The notes under the pieces were generated by a model, which saw only the letters and a list, made by a program, of their open reading frames with translations, was not told the DNA's origin and made no database searches. The translations under genes and the position numbers were made by a program. Shown here piece after piece: positions 20,328-27,860 of a DNA stretch of 64,000 bases. Each line of letters starts with the position of its first letter. Positions within the stretch are counted from its first letter, which is position 1. The stretch is from a virus. The stretch covers positions 5,276 to 69,275 of the IMG/VR virus record IMGVR_UViG_3300030109_001309; one strand, 5' to 3'.

Positions 20328-20681
20328 TTAATCTTTATGTCCATACATTTCTGCATTAGCACCATGTCTTACACGACAACCGAATCCCCCTTCATCACAG
20401 TTAGGGTAGGATGCACAACCAAGATGCTCATCATAGTCATCGTCATACTGTTCAGTAAAATAATAAGGATGCCATGATCCAATTTGTTTTTCAGTCTCCT
20501 TCTCAATTAATTCAAACATACTCTTCTTAAGTTTTGCTCTTATTTTATCACTATCAGGTCCACCTGGATAGTACTCAAGGTGTACCCACTTCCATCCTCG
20601 TGTCTTAACATGAACCAAACGTAATCCACTACCAATACGAGGTGCTTCATCTGTAAACCATAAAGGTTGTCGCTCTACCAT
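20328..20681 (-). CDS. Hypothetical protein with C-terminal Cys cluster
   Basis: Start overlaps the primase stop; HLGCASYPNCD...GC. Confidence 0.55.
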   Translation of the reverse strand: MVERQPLWFTDEAPRIGSGLRLVHVKTRGWKWVHLEYYPGGPDSDKIRAKLKKSMFELIEKETEKQIGSWHPYYFTEQYDDDYDEHLGCASYPNCDEGGFGCRVRHGANAEMYGHKD

Positions 20682-22339
20682 TACATAGTATCCTCTATGT
20701 TATCAACAACCTCATGGTCTACCTCATTCAAGCGGTTCGTGAGATCGTTGTAGTATACCTGACAGGCAACACCTGTACGCCCACAGAAGCGGTTCTTAAC
20801 GACTCTAATTGTTGTGGTGTTAGCTTCGATAGGGTCTTCTGCTTGTCCGTCCCGCTCAAGCCCGATAACAATGTTAGATAGTTGCCCAATTCCTGCTGTG
20901 CCTCGTATATCTGCGAGACTTGTTTGGCCTCCCTCTTCCAAGGCTTTCCCTGTTTGTCGCTTGGTATGTGCGACCATGCAGAGGTGAATGTCGAGTTCGA
21001 CAGTAAGACCTTTGAGTTTATGGGCGATCTCATCTAACATCTTCCTTTCATCACCGCTTTGATCAGATACCATAAAGCTAATGTGATCTAAGATTATTAT
21101 CTTACAGTCACAACCTTTAGCAAAGTACTTGATCTTATCACAGATGTAGTCAACGCTGTTATCATGCCACGATTCTGACAAAGTATGTAGCCTACCAGTA
21201 CCCCATGTACGCTCGTTACCCTGCATCATCTCTGCTTCTGTAACGTGTACATCAGGTAGATGGGTAGGTAAGTTAAGATCGAGGGAGATCATACCCCTAC
21301 CTGTTTCCCAACCTGTCTCTTCCAAGAACAACATACCTATGTTTAGATCAGTAGTCTTCAAGGCATGGAAGGCTATCTCTCTAGCGATACTAGTCTTACC
21401 ACTACCAGAACCAGCAATCAACGTAATCATTTCACTGGTACGTATGCCATAGGTTTTCTGGTTCAATCCTTCCCATGGAAATAATACTGCCGCCTCTGCT
21501 CGTGGTTGTTTAACAATCTCCCACATGGTTTCAGCATCAGAGATAACATCATCAGGTTTGTATTGCTCCGCTCTCCACCATAGATTAACAAACGTATCGT
21601 GTTCATTGTTCTCTAGGTACTCGCCTACATCATTACGTTTAAGATTAACGATCTTAGCTTTCTTAGGAAACAATGAGGCCACTGCTCGTGCGGCTTTCTT
21701 TCCAGGCTCATCGTTATCAAACGCTATGATAATATTATCGTAGCTATCCAGCCATTCAAACTCCCGCTTACAATCTTTGTAGGCAGAAGTAGATGAACGC
21801 ACTCCAACAACAGGCCACTTAGAACCCATCATCTGATACGCTGACATCGTATCGATCTCACCTTCACACAAGGTAACAAACTTTCCCTTGCTAGAAAATT
21901 CTGATTGACCAAACAACCTAGCTTTAGCTATTGGTCCTTTGCTTTGAAAGTTCTTAGTCTCTACGTGTCGTACCTTGTACGCTATAGCCTCACCATCCTT
22001 GGATGTATAAGGGTAGAGATGTTCAGAGATAACACCACTATCGAAAGTAAACCTTACTTTGTATTGGCGTACCGTATCAATATCAATGTTACGTTCTTTA
22101 ATTGGACCTACTTTAGTGTTATCTAAGTTGATCTCTAACTTAGTAGCGGTCTGTAGTTCCACCACATTACTCTCCTTTCGGGGTTGAGAAGTGCCAAAGT
22201 AATCTCTTGTATTACATGAATAACAGTAGGCATGGCCGTCATTATACTCAGTATAGGCATCACTGCTATCACAATGAGGACATGGACCCTGCTTAATAAC
22301 GTTAGTAGGTTCATTGAAAAATTCTTTAATCATCAGCAT
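20681..22339 (-). CDS. T7 gp4-like primase/helicase (genome A)
   Basis: Zn finger CPHC..CYSC, TOPRIM EGEID/FDND, Walker A GSGSGKT, LDHIS, KNRF. Confidence 0.95.
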   Translation of the reverse strand: MLMIKEFFNEPTNVIKQGPCPHCDSSDAYTEYNDGHAYCYSCNTRDYFGTSQPRKESNVVELQTATKLEINLDNTKVGPIKERNIDIDTVRQYKVRFTFDSGVISEHLYPYTSKDGEAIAYKVRHVETKNFQSKGPIAKARLFGQSEFSSKGKFVTLCEGEIDTMSAYQMMGSKWPVVGVRSSTSAYKDCKREFEWLDSYDNIIIAFDNDEPGKKAARAVASLFPKKAKIVNLKRNDVGEYLENNEHDTFVNLWWRAEQYKPDDVISDAETMWEIVKQPRAEAAVLFPWEGLNQKTYGIRTSEMITLIAGSGSGKTSIAREIAFHALKTTDLNIGMLFLEETGWETGRGMISLDLNLPTHLPDVHVTEAEMMQGNERTWGTGRLHTLSESWHDNSVDYICDKIKYFAKGCDCKIIILDHISFMVSDQSGDERKMLDEIAHKLKGLTVELDIHLCMVAHTKRQTGKALEEGGQTSLADIRGTAGIGQLSNIVIGLERDGQAEDPIEANTTTIRVVKNRFCGRTGVACQVYYNDLTNRLNEVDHEVVDNIEDTM

Positions 22340-22493
22340 TCTTTTCCCATATCTGTAGATGTTCTTCGTAAGTCATCAAGTTATCTAATGCATCAAAGAT
22401 ATGATACTTACATTCAAAACATGGTTCTACTTTACCATCTTTAAACTTAATCTCTTTAGGCTCTAGTATACTATTACATATATTACAACGCAT
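22326..22493 (-). CDS. Small zinc-finger protein, 55 aa (MRCNICN...PCFEC)
   Basis: Manual translation; RBS AAGGAG; homologue at 63235..63408. Confidence 0.7.
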   Translation of the reverse strand: MRCNICNSILEPKEIKFKDGKVEPCFECKYHIFDALDNLMTYEEHLQIWEKNADD

Positions 22494-22509
22494 GTCAACT
22501 CCTTTCTTG

Positions 22510-23460
22510 TTACAGGGTCATATTAAATTCAGTTAAGGGTTCCAGTATAGACTTAATGACATCAACTGTAAACCCATTACCTAACATCTTGTACCGTTGT
22601 GTATTAGATACATGATTAGTGTAGTTGTCAGGTACAGTTTGTAATCTTTCGCACTCGATAGGGGTAAGCTTACGCCATGTAGTTGTATCCTTAAGAACTT
22701 TAGGTGTACGCCATCCACCCTGACAAGTATTAAGTGTAGGTGATTTACCTTGAGGATGGTACACACGCTTCACTGAATCAAAACCTGATATATCAGCGTC
22801 ACCAATATGACACAACCCATCCTTAGAGAACACGAGTTGCCGCCGGTTCTTCTCAAAGTAACTCTTTAAGTTACCACCTTTAAAATAGTTAGCATCAATA
22901 CAGTGTGCTTTATCTCTATCTGTTATACCATCTTCAAGTATATCTTGTAGTACTATACCTTTATCTTCTGGTAGATTAAATGGTATATTAGTCCAGTATA
23001 AACGATACCTATTCTGTGCTGATACTACATTACTATTGATAGCGATTGGTTCTACACCTAACGCTTCAGTAATAACGTCCTGACTCTCCTGTTTCATACG
23101 TACATTCTCAAGTAAAAAGTATTTAGGTTTAGTTTCTTTAAGTATACGTACATACTCCCAAAATAATTTGGATCGTGGATCGTCAAAGTTTAATCGCTTA
23201 CCAGCAAAAGAAAACCCTTGACATGGCGAACCCCCTACCAATAGATCAATTTTAGGTTGAAGATGTTGGTGTAAGTGTTTGTCATTCCACGATAAATCAG
23301 TAACGCTACCCAAGTGTATAGTCTGTGGATAATTCTCCTTAGCTACCTTGATTGCGTACTTATCAATCTCACTAGCGTAGTAGTTGCATGGAATACCAAG
23401 TTTGTCAAGTGCAATCCTGGCACATGACATACCATCAAACAAAGAGAGAACATTTAACAT
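22510..23460 (-). CDS. C5-cytosine DNA methyltransferase
   Basis: SLFDG, GGSPCQ, ENV, QNRYR, LGNG motifs; no cognate restriction gene nearby. Confidence 0.92.
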   Translation of the reverse strand: MLNVLSLFDGMSCARIALDKLGIPCNYYASEIDKYAIKVAKENYPQTIHLGSVTDLSWNDKHLHQHLQPKIDLLVGGSPCQGFSFAGKRLNFDDPRSKLFWEYVRILKETKPKYFLLENVRMKQESQDVITEALGVEPIAINSNVVSAQNRYRLYWTNIPFNLPEDKGIVLQDILEDGITDRDKAHCIDANYFKGGNLKSYFEKNRRQLVFSKDGLCHIGDADISGFDSVKRVYHPQGKSPTLNTCQGGWRTPKVLKDTTTWRKLTPIECERLQTVPDNYTNHVSNTQRYKMLGNGFTVDVIKSILEPLTEFNMTL

Positions 23461-23471
23461 AGAGTGTACTC

Positions 23472-24182
23472 CTATATAACAAACCCACTCGTATCATTAC
23501 GAGCTTCGCCTTTAGCTTTAAGACCAACGATAACATATTTTTTATCTAAAAATCTAAGATCATCTTGATCTCCATCAATTACTTCATACTTGATAGGCAC
23601 ATGATCCCATGCTGTACGTGGTCCCCATATGTAGTGTTTAGGTACATTCTTAAACACAAAGGATACGTTACATCCATTAGACAATGCCATCCAACAATCT
23701 TTCATGTTATTCTCACTTCTACTAAAAGTCAAGTGATAATTTTTAGGGAGTTGGTTTTTCCCATACAGATATGCACGTTTAGGTATCTTAGTGTAATCAT
23801 AAAAATTTACATCTGGAAATTCATCCATGATACCTGTAGTTTCCCAAGGAAAATCACTTGTACCATTCAAACGAATTGCTACTAACATATCTTTGCGAGA
23901 TGCTTTAGCAATAAGTTTTTTAATATCCAAACGTAGCTCATGCATAAACAGTTTACGATGCTCCATGAAGTATTTAGTTTTTCGTATACGAGCGTGCTGC
24001 ACATTGCTCATCTTACCTCTACCAGCAGTATACAAACACGATTCAGCGCATCCATTTGATGCTTTTGCACACATATTATACCCAGATATTTTGTGTGGTG
24101 CTAAGTACAGGATGCCTGTCATAACCCCACGCTTTACACCCTTAATAGTTTTAGCGTCATTGTTAACTGATAGTAAATTCAT
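23472..24182 (-). CDS. Conserved phage protein with C-x6-C-x3-C motif (GP88-like)
   Basis: CAKASNGCAESC, RLNGTSD, FYDYTK, DLRFLD; family name from memory. Confidence 0.55.
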   Translation of the reverse strand: MNLLSVNNDAKTIKGVKRGVMTGILYLAPHKISGYNMCAKASNGCAESCLYTAGRGKMSNVQHARIRKTKYFMEHRKLFMHELRLDIKKLIAKASRKDMLVAIRLNGTSDFPWETTGIMDEFPDVNFYDYTKIPKRAYLYGKNQLPKNYHLTFSRSENNMKDCWMALSNGCNVSFVFKNVPKHYIWGPRTAWDHVPIKYEVIDGDQDDLRFLDKKYVIVGLKAKGEARNDTSGFVI

Positions 24183-24406
24183 AATACTACCCCTTTACTT
24201 TCGTAATACTTTTTCAATACTTGGTTATACCTTTTCATATCATATATATACAAGGTTTCTTCTTGTCTATCATATGCCCAAAGAGGATAGGGTAAAGGCG
24301 GTTTAATCCAATTGTCTTCGATGTCTTCCATTATTGCCTGTTCCATCTTTGATAAACACAGTTTTGTGTTAGATGGTAAACTTAAATTTACCAATCTGTT
24401 TTGCAT
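24179..24406 (-). CDS. Hypothetical early protein
   Basis: RBS AGGAG; stop overlaps the next start. Confidence 0.55.
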   Translation of the reverse strand: MQNRLVNLSLPSNTKLCLSKMEQAIMEDIEDNWIKPPLPYPLWAYDRQEETLYIYDMKRYNQVLKKYYESKGVVL

Positions 24407-24416
24407 TACTTTTCTC

Positions 24417-24626
24417 CTATACTATCTGAAGAAATCCTATACCATTCCCTTCAGGATCACGCATTACCCATGCACATTTAGTCTTCTTACCTTTACGAAA
24501 ACTAATTCCAATACAAGGTTTACCAAACTCTGCAATAGTCTCATCGTAATCATCTACAATGATCCTTTCTACTGTGTATCCTAACAGTTGTTGATACTCA
24601 TTTGCATATTTATTACTATCGTCCAT
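24417..24626 (-). CDS. Hypothetical early protein
   Basis: RDPEGNGIGFL motif; TAATG coupling with the upstream gene. Confidence 0.6.
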   Translation of the reverse strand: MDDSNKYANEYQQLLGYTVERIIVDDYDETIAEFGKPCIGISFRKGKKTKCAWVMRDPEGNGIGFLQIV

Positions 24627-24925
24627 TACATTACCTCCGATAAGTTAGCTTTGAAATGTAAGTCACGCTCTACACGTAGACCTAAAGAACCTCGTACACT
24701 TTCCAAGTCAGACAACATGAAGTATCCAAACTCAGGGTAATGCCCATCTACCCATCCAAAGAACCGCCAATCATCACCCTCTGGATTGCCTTCAGTTACA
24801 TACCAAGTCCATGAGCTATCAGGTGTAAAAAACTTGGCAACAACAGGAATATTTTTGGCCTCTGTACTGTCATGTGTACCCAAACCTGGAATTTTCTTTT
24901 CGATTTCTTTTGTCATAAGTTTCAT
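24626..24925 (-). CDS. DUF2958-like protein
   Basis: KFFTP..WTWY.TE...FFG.V.G..EFGYF.L...G..VERDL pattern. Confidence 0.75.
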   Translation of the reverse strand: MKLMTKEIEKKIPGLGTHDSTEAKNIPVVAKFFTPDSSWTWYVTEGNPEGDDWRFFGWVDGHYPEFGYFMLSDLESVRGSLGLRVERDLHFKANLSEVM

Positions 24926-24936
24926 GTTACTTCTCC

Positions 24937-25143
24937 CTATTTTACTGATTTAATTTTACCATCTTTCATAGTTACTTGAGCAAAAAACTCACGCCCTTGT
25001 CCAGTAATGTGAGGACGATTTGCTCCAGTTAATGTACCATTTAACTGATACTCTGGACCAAACATACTAGTCTCAATAAAGTTCAAAGGTTTACCGATAC
25101 TTTTTTTAAGAACTTTTTTACTAGGGTAATTAAAGATAAGCAT
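24937..25143 (-). CDS. Small hypothetical phage protein
   Basis: YPSKK.LK..IG...ETSMFG.EY...REFFA.VTM.DG.I; operon context. Confidence 0.65.
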   Translation of the reverse strand: MLIFNYPSKKVLKKSIGKPLNFIETSMFGPEYQLNGTLTGANRPHITGQGREFFAQVTMKDGKIKSVK

Positions 25144-25147
25144 TATA

Positions 25148-25333
25148 TTACTTCTCCTCTAATGTAGTTATATAATTTTCTTGAACTTCTGTTAGTTTCT
25201 TATAGATATCTATAATAGATGTGTAATCTTTTATACGTTTAGAAAGGTACACCCTTTGTTCTTCTAATTCGTATATGTTTTTTTCTAAAGTTTTTACCTT
25301 TTGCTTTAGTATAATTATGTCTTCTTGTTTCAT
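25148..25333 (-). CDS. Small coiled-coil protein
   Basis: RBS AGGAG; heptad pattern. Confidence 0.55.
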   Translation of the reverse strand: MKQEDIIILKQKVKTLEKNIYELEEQRVYLSKRIKDYTSIIDIYKKLTEVQENYITTLEEK

Positions 25334-25408
25334 AGTATTTGTACTCCTATCTCATTACTCAGAACTTTTTCTGAATACATTAATAATATCAATAACATAA
25401 CCTCCCAA

Positions 25409-25504
25409 TTATCCAGTTAAAATTAACACCATATACAACGATGCAAAGAATAATGCAAGTGCTATTGATGCTAGGTACAGTTCACGATCATCGTCATTTT
25501 TCAT
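25409..25504 (-). CDS. 31-aa single-TM peptide (MKNDDDRELYLASIALALFFASLYMVLILTG)
   Basis: Manual translation; RBS AAGGAG. Confidence 0.55.
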   Translation of the reverse strand: MKNDDDRELYLASIALALFFASLYMVLILTG

Positions 25505-25522
25505 TAATTAATCTCCTTTTTA

Positions 25523-25550
25523 GTGACACATTGTAAGAACTTGCAAGGTC
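25523..25550. repeat. 28-bp inverted repeat, arm downstream of the 173-aa ORF
   Basis: GTGACACATTGTAAGAACTTGCAAGGTC matches the reverse complement of 26125..26152 at 25/28. Confidence 0.9.
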
Positions 25551-25575
25551 AATGGTTTTTGAAAAAAGAAACGCT

Positions 25576-26097
25576 CTATGCGTTTAGTGTTACTTCTGGA
25601 GCTTTCGCATTTAATTGACGCTTCCAGTACTCCAGAGTCTCTCCAGCGGATGCGTCTTTGGCCTTACGCTTGCCAAACTTAGTAACAATCTTATGCAACT
25701 CTTTGTTAAGCATAGTTGCATCGTACTCAAGATCGTCTTGATCTTTACGAGCTACACCAATCCAGTAGTTTTCCATTGATGCTTCTTCTACGTTTGCACG
25801 ATCTGCTCGCTTGTTTTCTTCATCTCGTACAAATTTCTTTTGCTCACGATCATACACTTGGTCTGAATATGTTTCTACCCACACACGAAAGTAAGTAGCA
25901 CCCACACCAGCATCAATATGCCACGTTAAGGCTTGGTTAATTTTACTATGATCGCCACACTTGGCATAGTGAGCAAGAGCATACAAAGCTACGTTCCACA
26001 AGTTACGCTTCCCACTTTTAAATTGGGACACGCCAGTTTTACCAGCTTTGACAAATTGCTCATCGTTTTTAATTGCAAGTTTTAGTACTTTTGCCAT
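25576..26097 (-). CDS. Early protein of unknown function (173 aa)
   Basis: Long ORF with RBS AAGGA; ALAHYAKCGD segment; enclosed by inverted repeats. Confidence 0.8.
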   Translation of the reverse strand: MAKVLKLAIKNDEQFVKAGKTGVSQFKSGKRNLWNVALYALAHYAKCGDHSKINQALTWHIDAGVGATYFRVWVETYSDQVYDREQKKFVRDEENKRADRANVEEASMENYWIGVARKDQDDLEYDATMLNKELHKIVTKFGKRKAKDASAGETLEYWKRQLNAKAPEVTLNA

Positions 26098-26124
26098 GAT
26101 AGTCTATCCTTCTCGTAGTAGATA

Positions 26125-26152
26125 GACCTTACAAGCTCTTACAATATGTCAC
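26125..26152. repeat. 28-bp inverted repeat, arm upstream of the 173-aa ORF
   Basis: GACCTTACAAGCTCTTACAATATGTCAC; partner of 25523..25550. Confidence 0.9.
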
Positions 26153-26452
26153 GCATAGTCAGTCTAGCTGTAGTGTTTGGTTTAACCTTGAAAAGTATAT
26201 TGCCATCGCTTTTGCCCTACGTAAACGCTAGGGATAAAACAGCCAGCATACAATCAAACGGTCCACTCGCAATTGACTTTGTATCGGTTCAACGACTTTG
26301 GCTTGGTCCAGGCACAAGTGTTGCTAGTACTCGCACCAGACTACCATCATTTTATCAGGATTTACCGTACCATTTCAGGCACGCACCTAACTATGCGATC
26401 TTGAATTGGGTTAGAATTTAACCCGCAAAACAGACTATTTCTAATCTGTTTT
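26152..26452 (-). ncRNA. Putative large structured RNA
   Basis: 11-bp closing helix 26397-26387/26162-26152, several internal helices, GAAA-capped 11-bp hairpin 26427..26452; G-U wobbles favour the minus strand. Confidence 0.65.
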
Positions 26453-26457
26453 AAATG

Positions 26458-26670
26458 TTAAATCCATTTACCGTTATTTTTGATCCTGCGGTCATGTCTC
26501 CAATTCCAAGACCAGTCAGGCCTAGATTTTCCACTTGGAAACAAATTCTCAAAATTTCCTTTAGTTAAGGAACGCTCACCTATTACCGCCCTAGCTCTGA
26601 TACCTTGGGCATATGCCAGCAAATCCCTTTGCTGTTTAGCTAACCGTTCCCTTTTACCTAGTCTAGCCAT
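26458..26670 (-). CDS. First early gene, basic hypothetical protein
   Basis: RBS GGAGG; 70 aa. Confidence 0.65.
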   Translation of the reverse strand: MARLGKRERLAKQQRDLLAYAQGIRARAVIGERSLTKGNFENLFPSGKSRPDWSWNWRHDRRIKNNGKWI

Positions 26671-26710
26671 AGAGGCCTCCCATGTAAAAAGTTAATCTAT
26701 AAAATAGGAT

Positions 26711-26725
26711 TTAATATTGAGTTAA
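26711..26725. promoter_or_regulatory. CtrA-like box
   Basis: TTAA-TATTGAG-TTAA (TTAA-N7-TTAA); could be chance in AT-rich DNA. Confidence 0.3.
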
Positions 26726-26751
26726 TCAATCACCTATATTTGATGATTATG

Positions 26752-26780
26752 AGACTATAGGAGTTTGATATTGTTGTCTA
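26752..26780 (-). promoter_or_regulatory. Candidate early promoter with UP-like A/T tract
   Basis: TAGACA-17 bp-TAGTCT on minus strand, with A/T tracts upstream. Confidence 0.45.
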
Positions 26781-26853
26781 CAAAAAAAATAATTATTTTT
26801 ATTCTTCAATGTTTTCAATGGGTTATAAAGAATATTAGAACAATTCTAAAAAG

Positions 26854-26862
26854 TTATCCACA
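26854..26862 (+). promoter_or_regulatory. DnaA box
   Basis: Perfect TTATCCACA in the main non-coding region. Confidence 0.5.
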
Positions 26863-26892
26863 GGCAAAAACAATAAAAAAAATAATATGGAG

Positions 26893-26949
26893 TCGGGTAA
26901 ATAGACTATCATTAAATAAATATAATCTATTATTAATCGGGTAAATAGA
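26893..26949. repeat. 13-bp direct repeat TCGGGTAAATAGA, two copies
   Basis: Copies at 26893..26905 and 26937..26949. Confidence 0.8.
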
Positions 26950-26992
26950 ATAGATCAATGTAATGATAGTTAAAAACTATATAATCGATATA

Positions 26993-27005
26993 TATCAATA
27001 GATTA
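26993..27005 (+). promoter_or_regulatory. IHF-like site
   Basis: TATCAA-TAGA-TTA fits WATCAA-N4-TTR; one-mismatch versions near 26813 and 27388. Confidence 0.4.
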
Positions 27006-27083
27006 AATGAATGTAGTAATAGCTTAAACCTATCAAGATCCCGAACAATTAAAATGAAATAGATAATATATTTTTTGCTTGAC

Positions 27084-27167
27084 TGTGACATTTATGCAAC
27101 AGCCAGGCAGTGTGACATTTATGCAACAGTGGTATTTATGCAACAGTACTGTGACATTTATGCAACA
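27084..27167. repeat. Four copies of the 18-bp TGTGACATTTATGCAACA
   Basis: Exact at 27084, 27111 and 27150; degenerate at 27128. Confidence 0.92.
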
Positions 27168-27175
27168 ATATATTT

Positions 27176-27190
27176 GTTCACGTTTTGTTC
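27176..27190 (+). promoter_or_regulatory. Alphaproteobacterial-type LexA (SOS) box
   Basis: GTTC-ACGTTTT-GTTC fits GTTC-N7-GTTC. Confidence 0.6.
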
Positions 27191-27275
27191 TTCTAGGGCC
27201 ATAATGGGGGTTTCAATGCTGTGGTGCTTTTTTCACACACCCTAAAAATTACTCAGAGAAATTACACAATAGTTC

Positions 27276-27304
27276 TTGACAAGCTACACAGACCGGGCTA
27301 TTAT
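27276..27304 (+). promoter_or_regulatory. Sigma70-type promoter
   Basis: TTGACA-17 bp-TATTAT. Confidence 0.65.
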
Positions 27305-27433
27305 ATATTTATATAGATACATTACTTATAATAATTATAATTATAATTTTCTTTATAGTACTTACAGTAATATAATTAATATAAGTATTTCAATAACTTA
27401 GGGTTTCGCAGCATTTTTAATTTTTTTGGTATA

Positions 27434-27462
27434 TTGACTTTATAATTCCTTTGTGTTATAAT
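27434..27462 (+). promoter_or_regulatory. Sigma70-type promoter with extended -10
   Basis: TTGACT-17 bp-TATAAT with TG; ends 8 nt before ATG 27471. Confidence 0.7.
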
Positions 27463-27470
27463 TAGTCATC

Positions 27471-27860
27471 ATGGAAAAACAAAAATCATTTAGAATTGGT
27501 TTAGCTTTAATACTAATTTTATTTTTTTCTTTAGTTAGTTTTGCAGCTAATTCAAATCCCCCAAAAGAAATAGCTTTTGTCCGTTTTGTTTGTTTTCATA
27601 AAAATGCTATAGATAGATTAATAGCAGACGATAAAATTGATAGAAACAAAGCAATGCTAACTTTTAGAGTATTAGTTCAACTAAGAGCTTGTGCAGTTAT
27701 GCCACAAGGAAAACTTTTAAAAATTAATAGAACTTTAGAAGAATACAAAGACTCTAAAGGTGATCCTACTTTTTTAATTGAAATTATAGATCAAGCACAA
27801 AATGTATTCTACACAATTATTGAAAAACAAAATATAAAAGAACAAGGATTAAAAGTATGA
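27471..27860 (+). CDS. Exported or membrane-anchored hypothetical protein
   Basis: Signal-peptide-like N-terminus; two Cys. Confidence 0.6.
   Translation: MEKQKSFRIGLALILILFFSLVSFAANSNPPKEIAFVRFVCFHKNAIDRLIADDKIDRNKAMLTFRVLVQLRACAVMPQGKLLKINRTLEEYKDSKGDPTFLIEIIDQAQNVFYTIIEKQNIKEQGLKV

Noticed and set aside
22465-22498. Minus-strand promoter based on TTGACA
   Set aside because: No good -10 at 16-18 bp; the hexamer overlaps the RBS spacer and start of the zinc-finger ORF.
25523-26152. IS element or invertible cassette bounded by inverted repeats
   Set aside because: The enclosed ORF has no transposase or recombinase motifs, no target duplication was seen, and all mismatches are G-U compatible on the coding strand, favouring an RNA duplex.
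26095-26350. Group I intron (plus-strand GTTCAACGACT is R-like; several TAGTC are S-like)
   Set aside because: R and S elements are in the wrong order or on different strands, and no interrupted gene flanks the region.
26152-26397. Cobalamin riboswitch, suggested by nrdJ and by GGUGCGAGUAC / AGCUAGAC segments
   Set aside because: The conserved GGGAA, CCCGCxACUGU and GCCACUG core elements are not present.
26146-26421. Plus-strand 91-aa ORF
   Set aside because: Antisense to the early arm, no RBS, coincides with the structured RNA.
27084-27167. Mini CRISPR array, with the Cas4-like nuclease as cas gene
   Set aside because: Repeats are 18 bp with gaps of at most 9 bp; no cas1/cas2; stand-alone Cas4-like exonucleases are common in phage replication modules.
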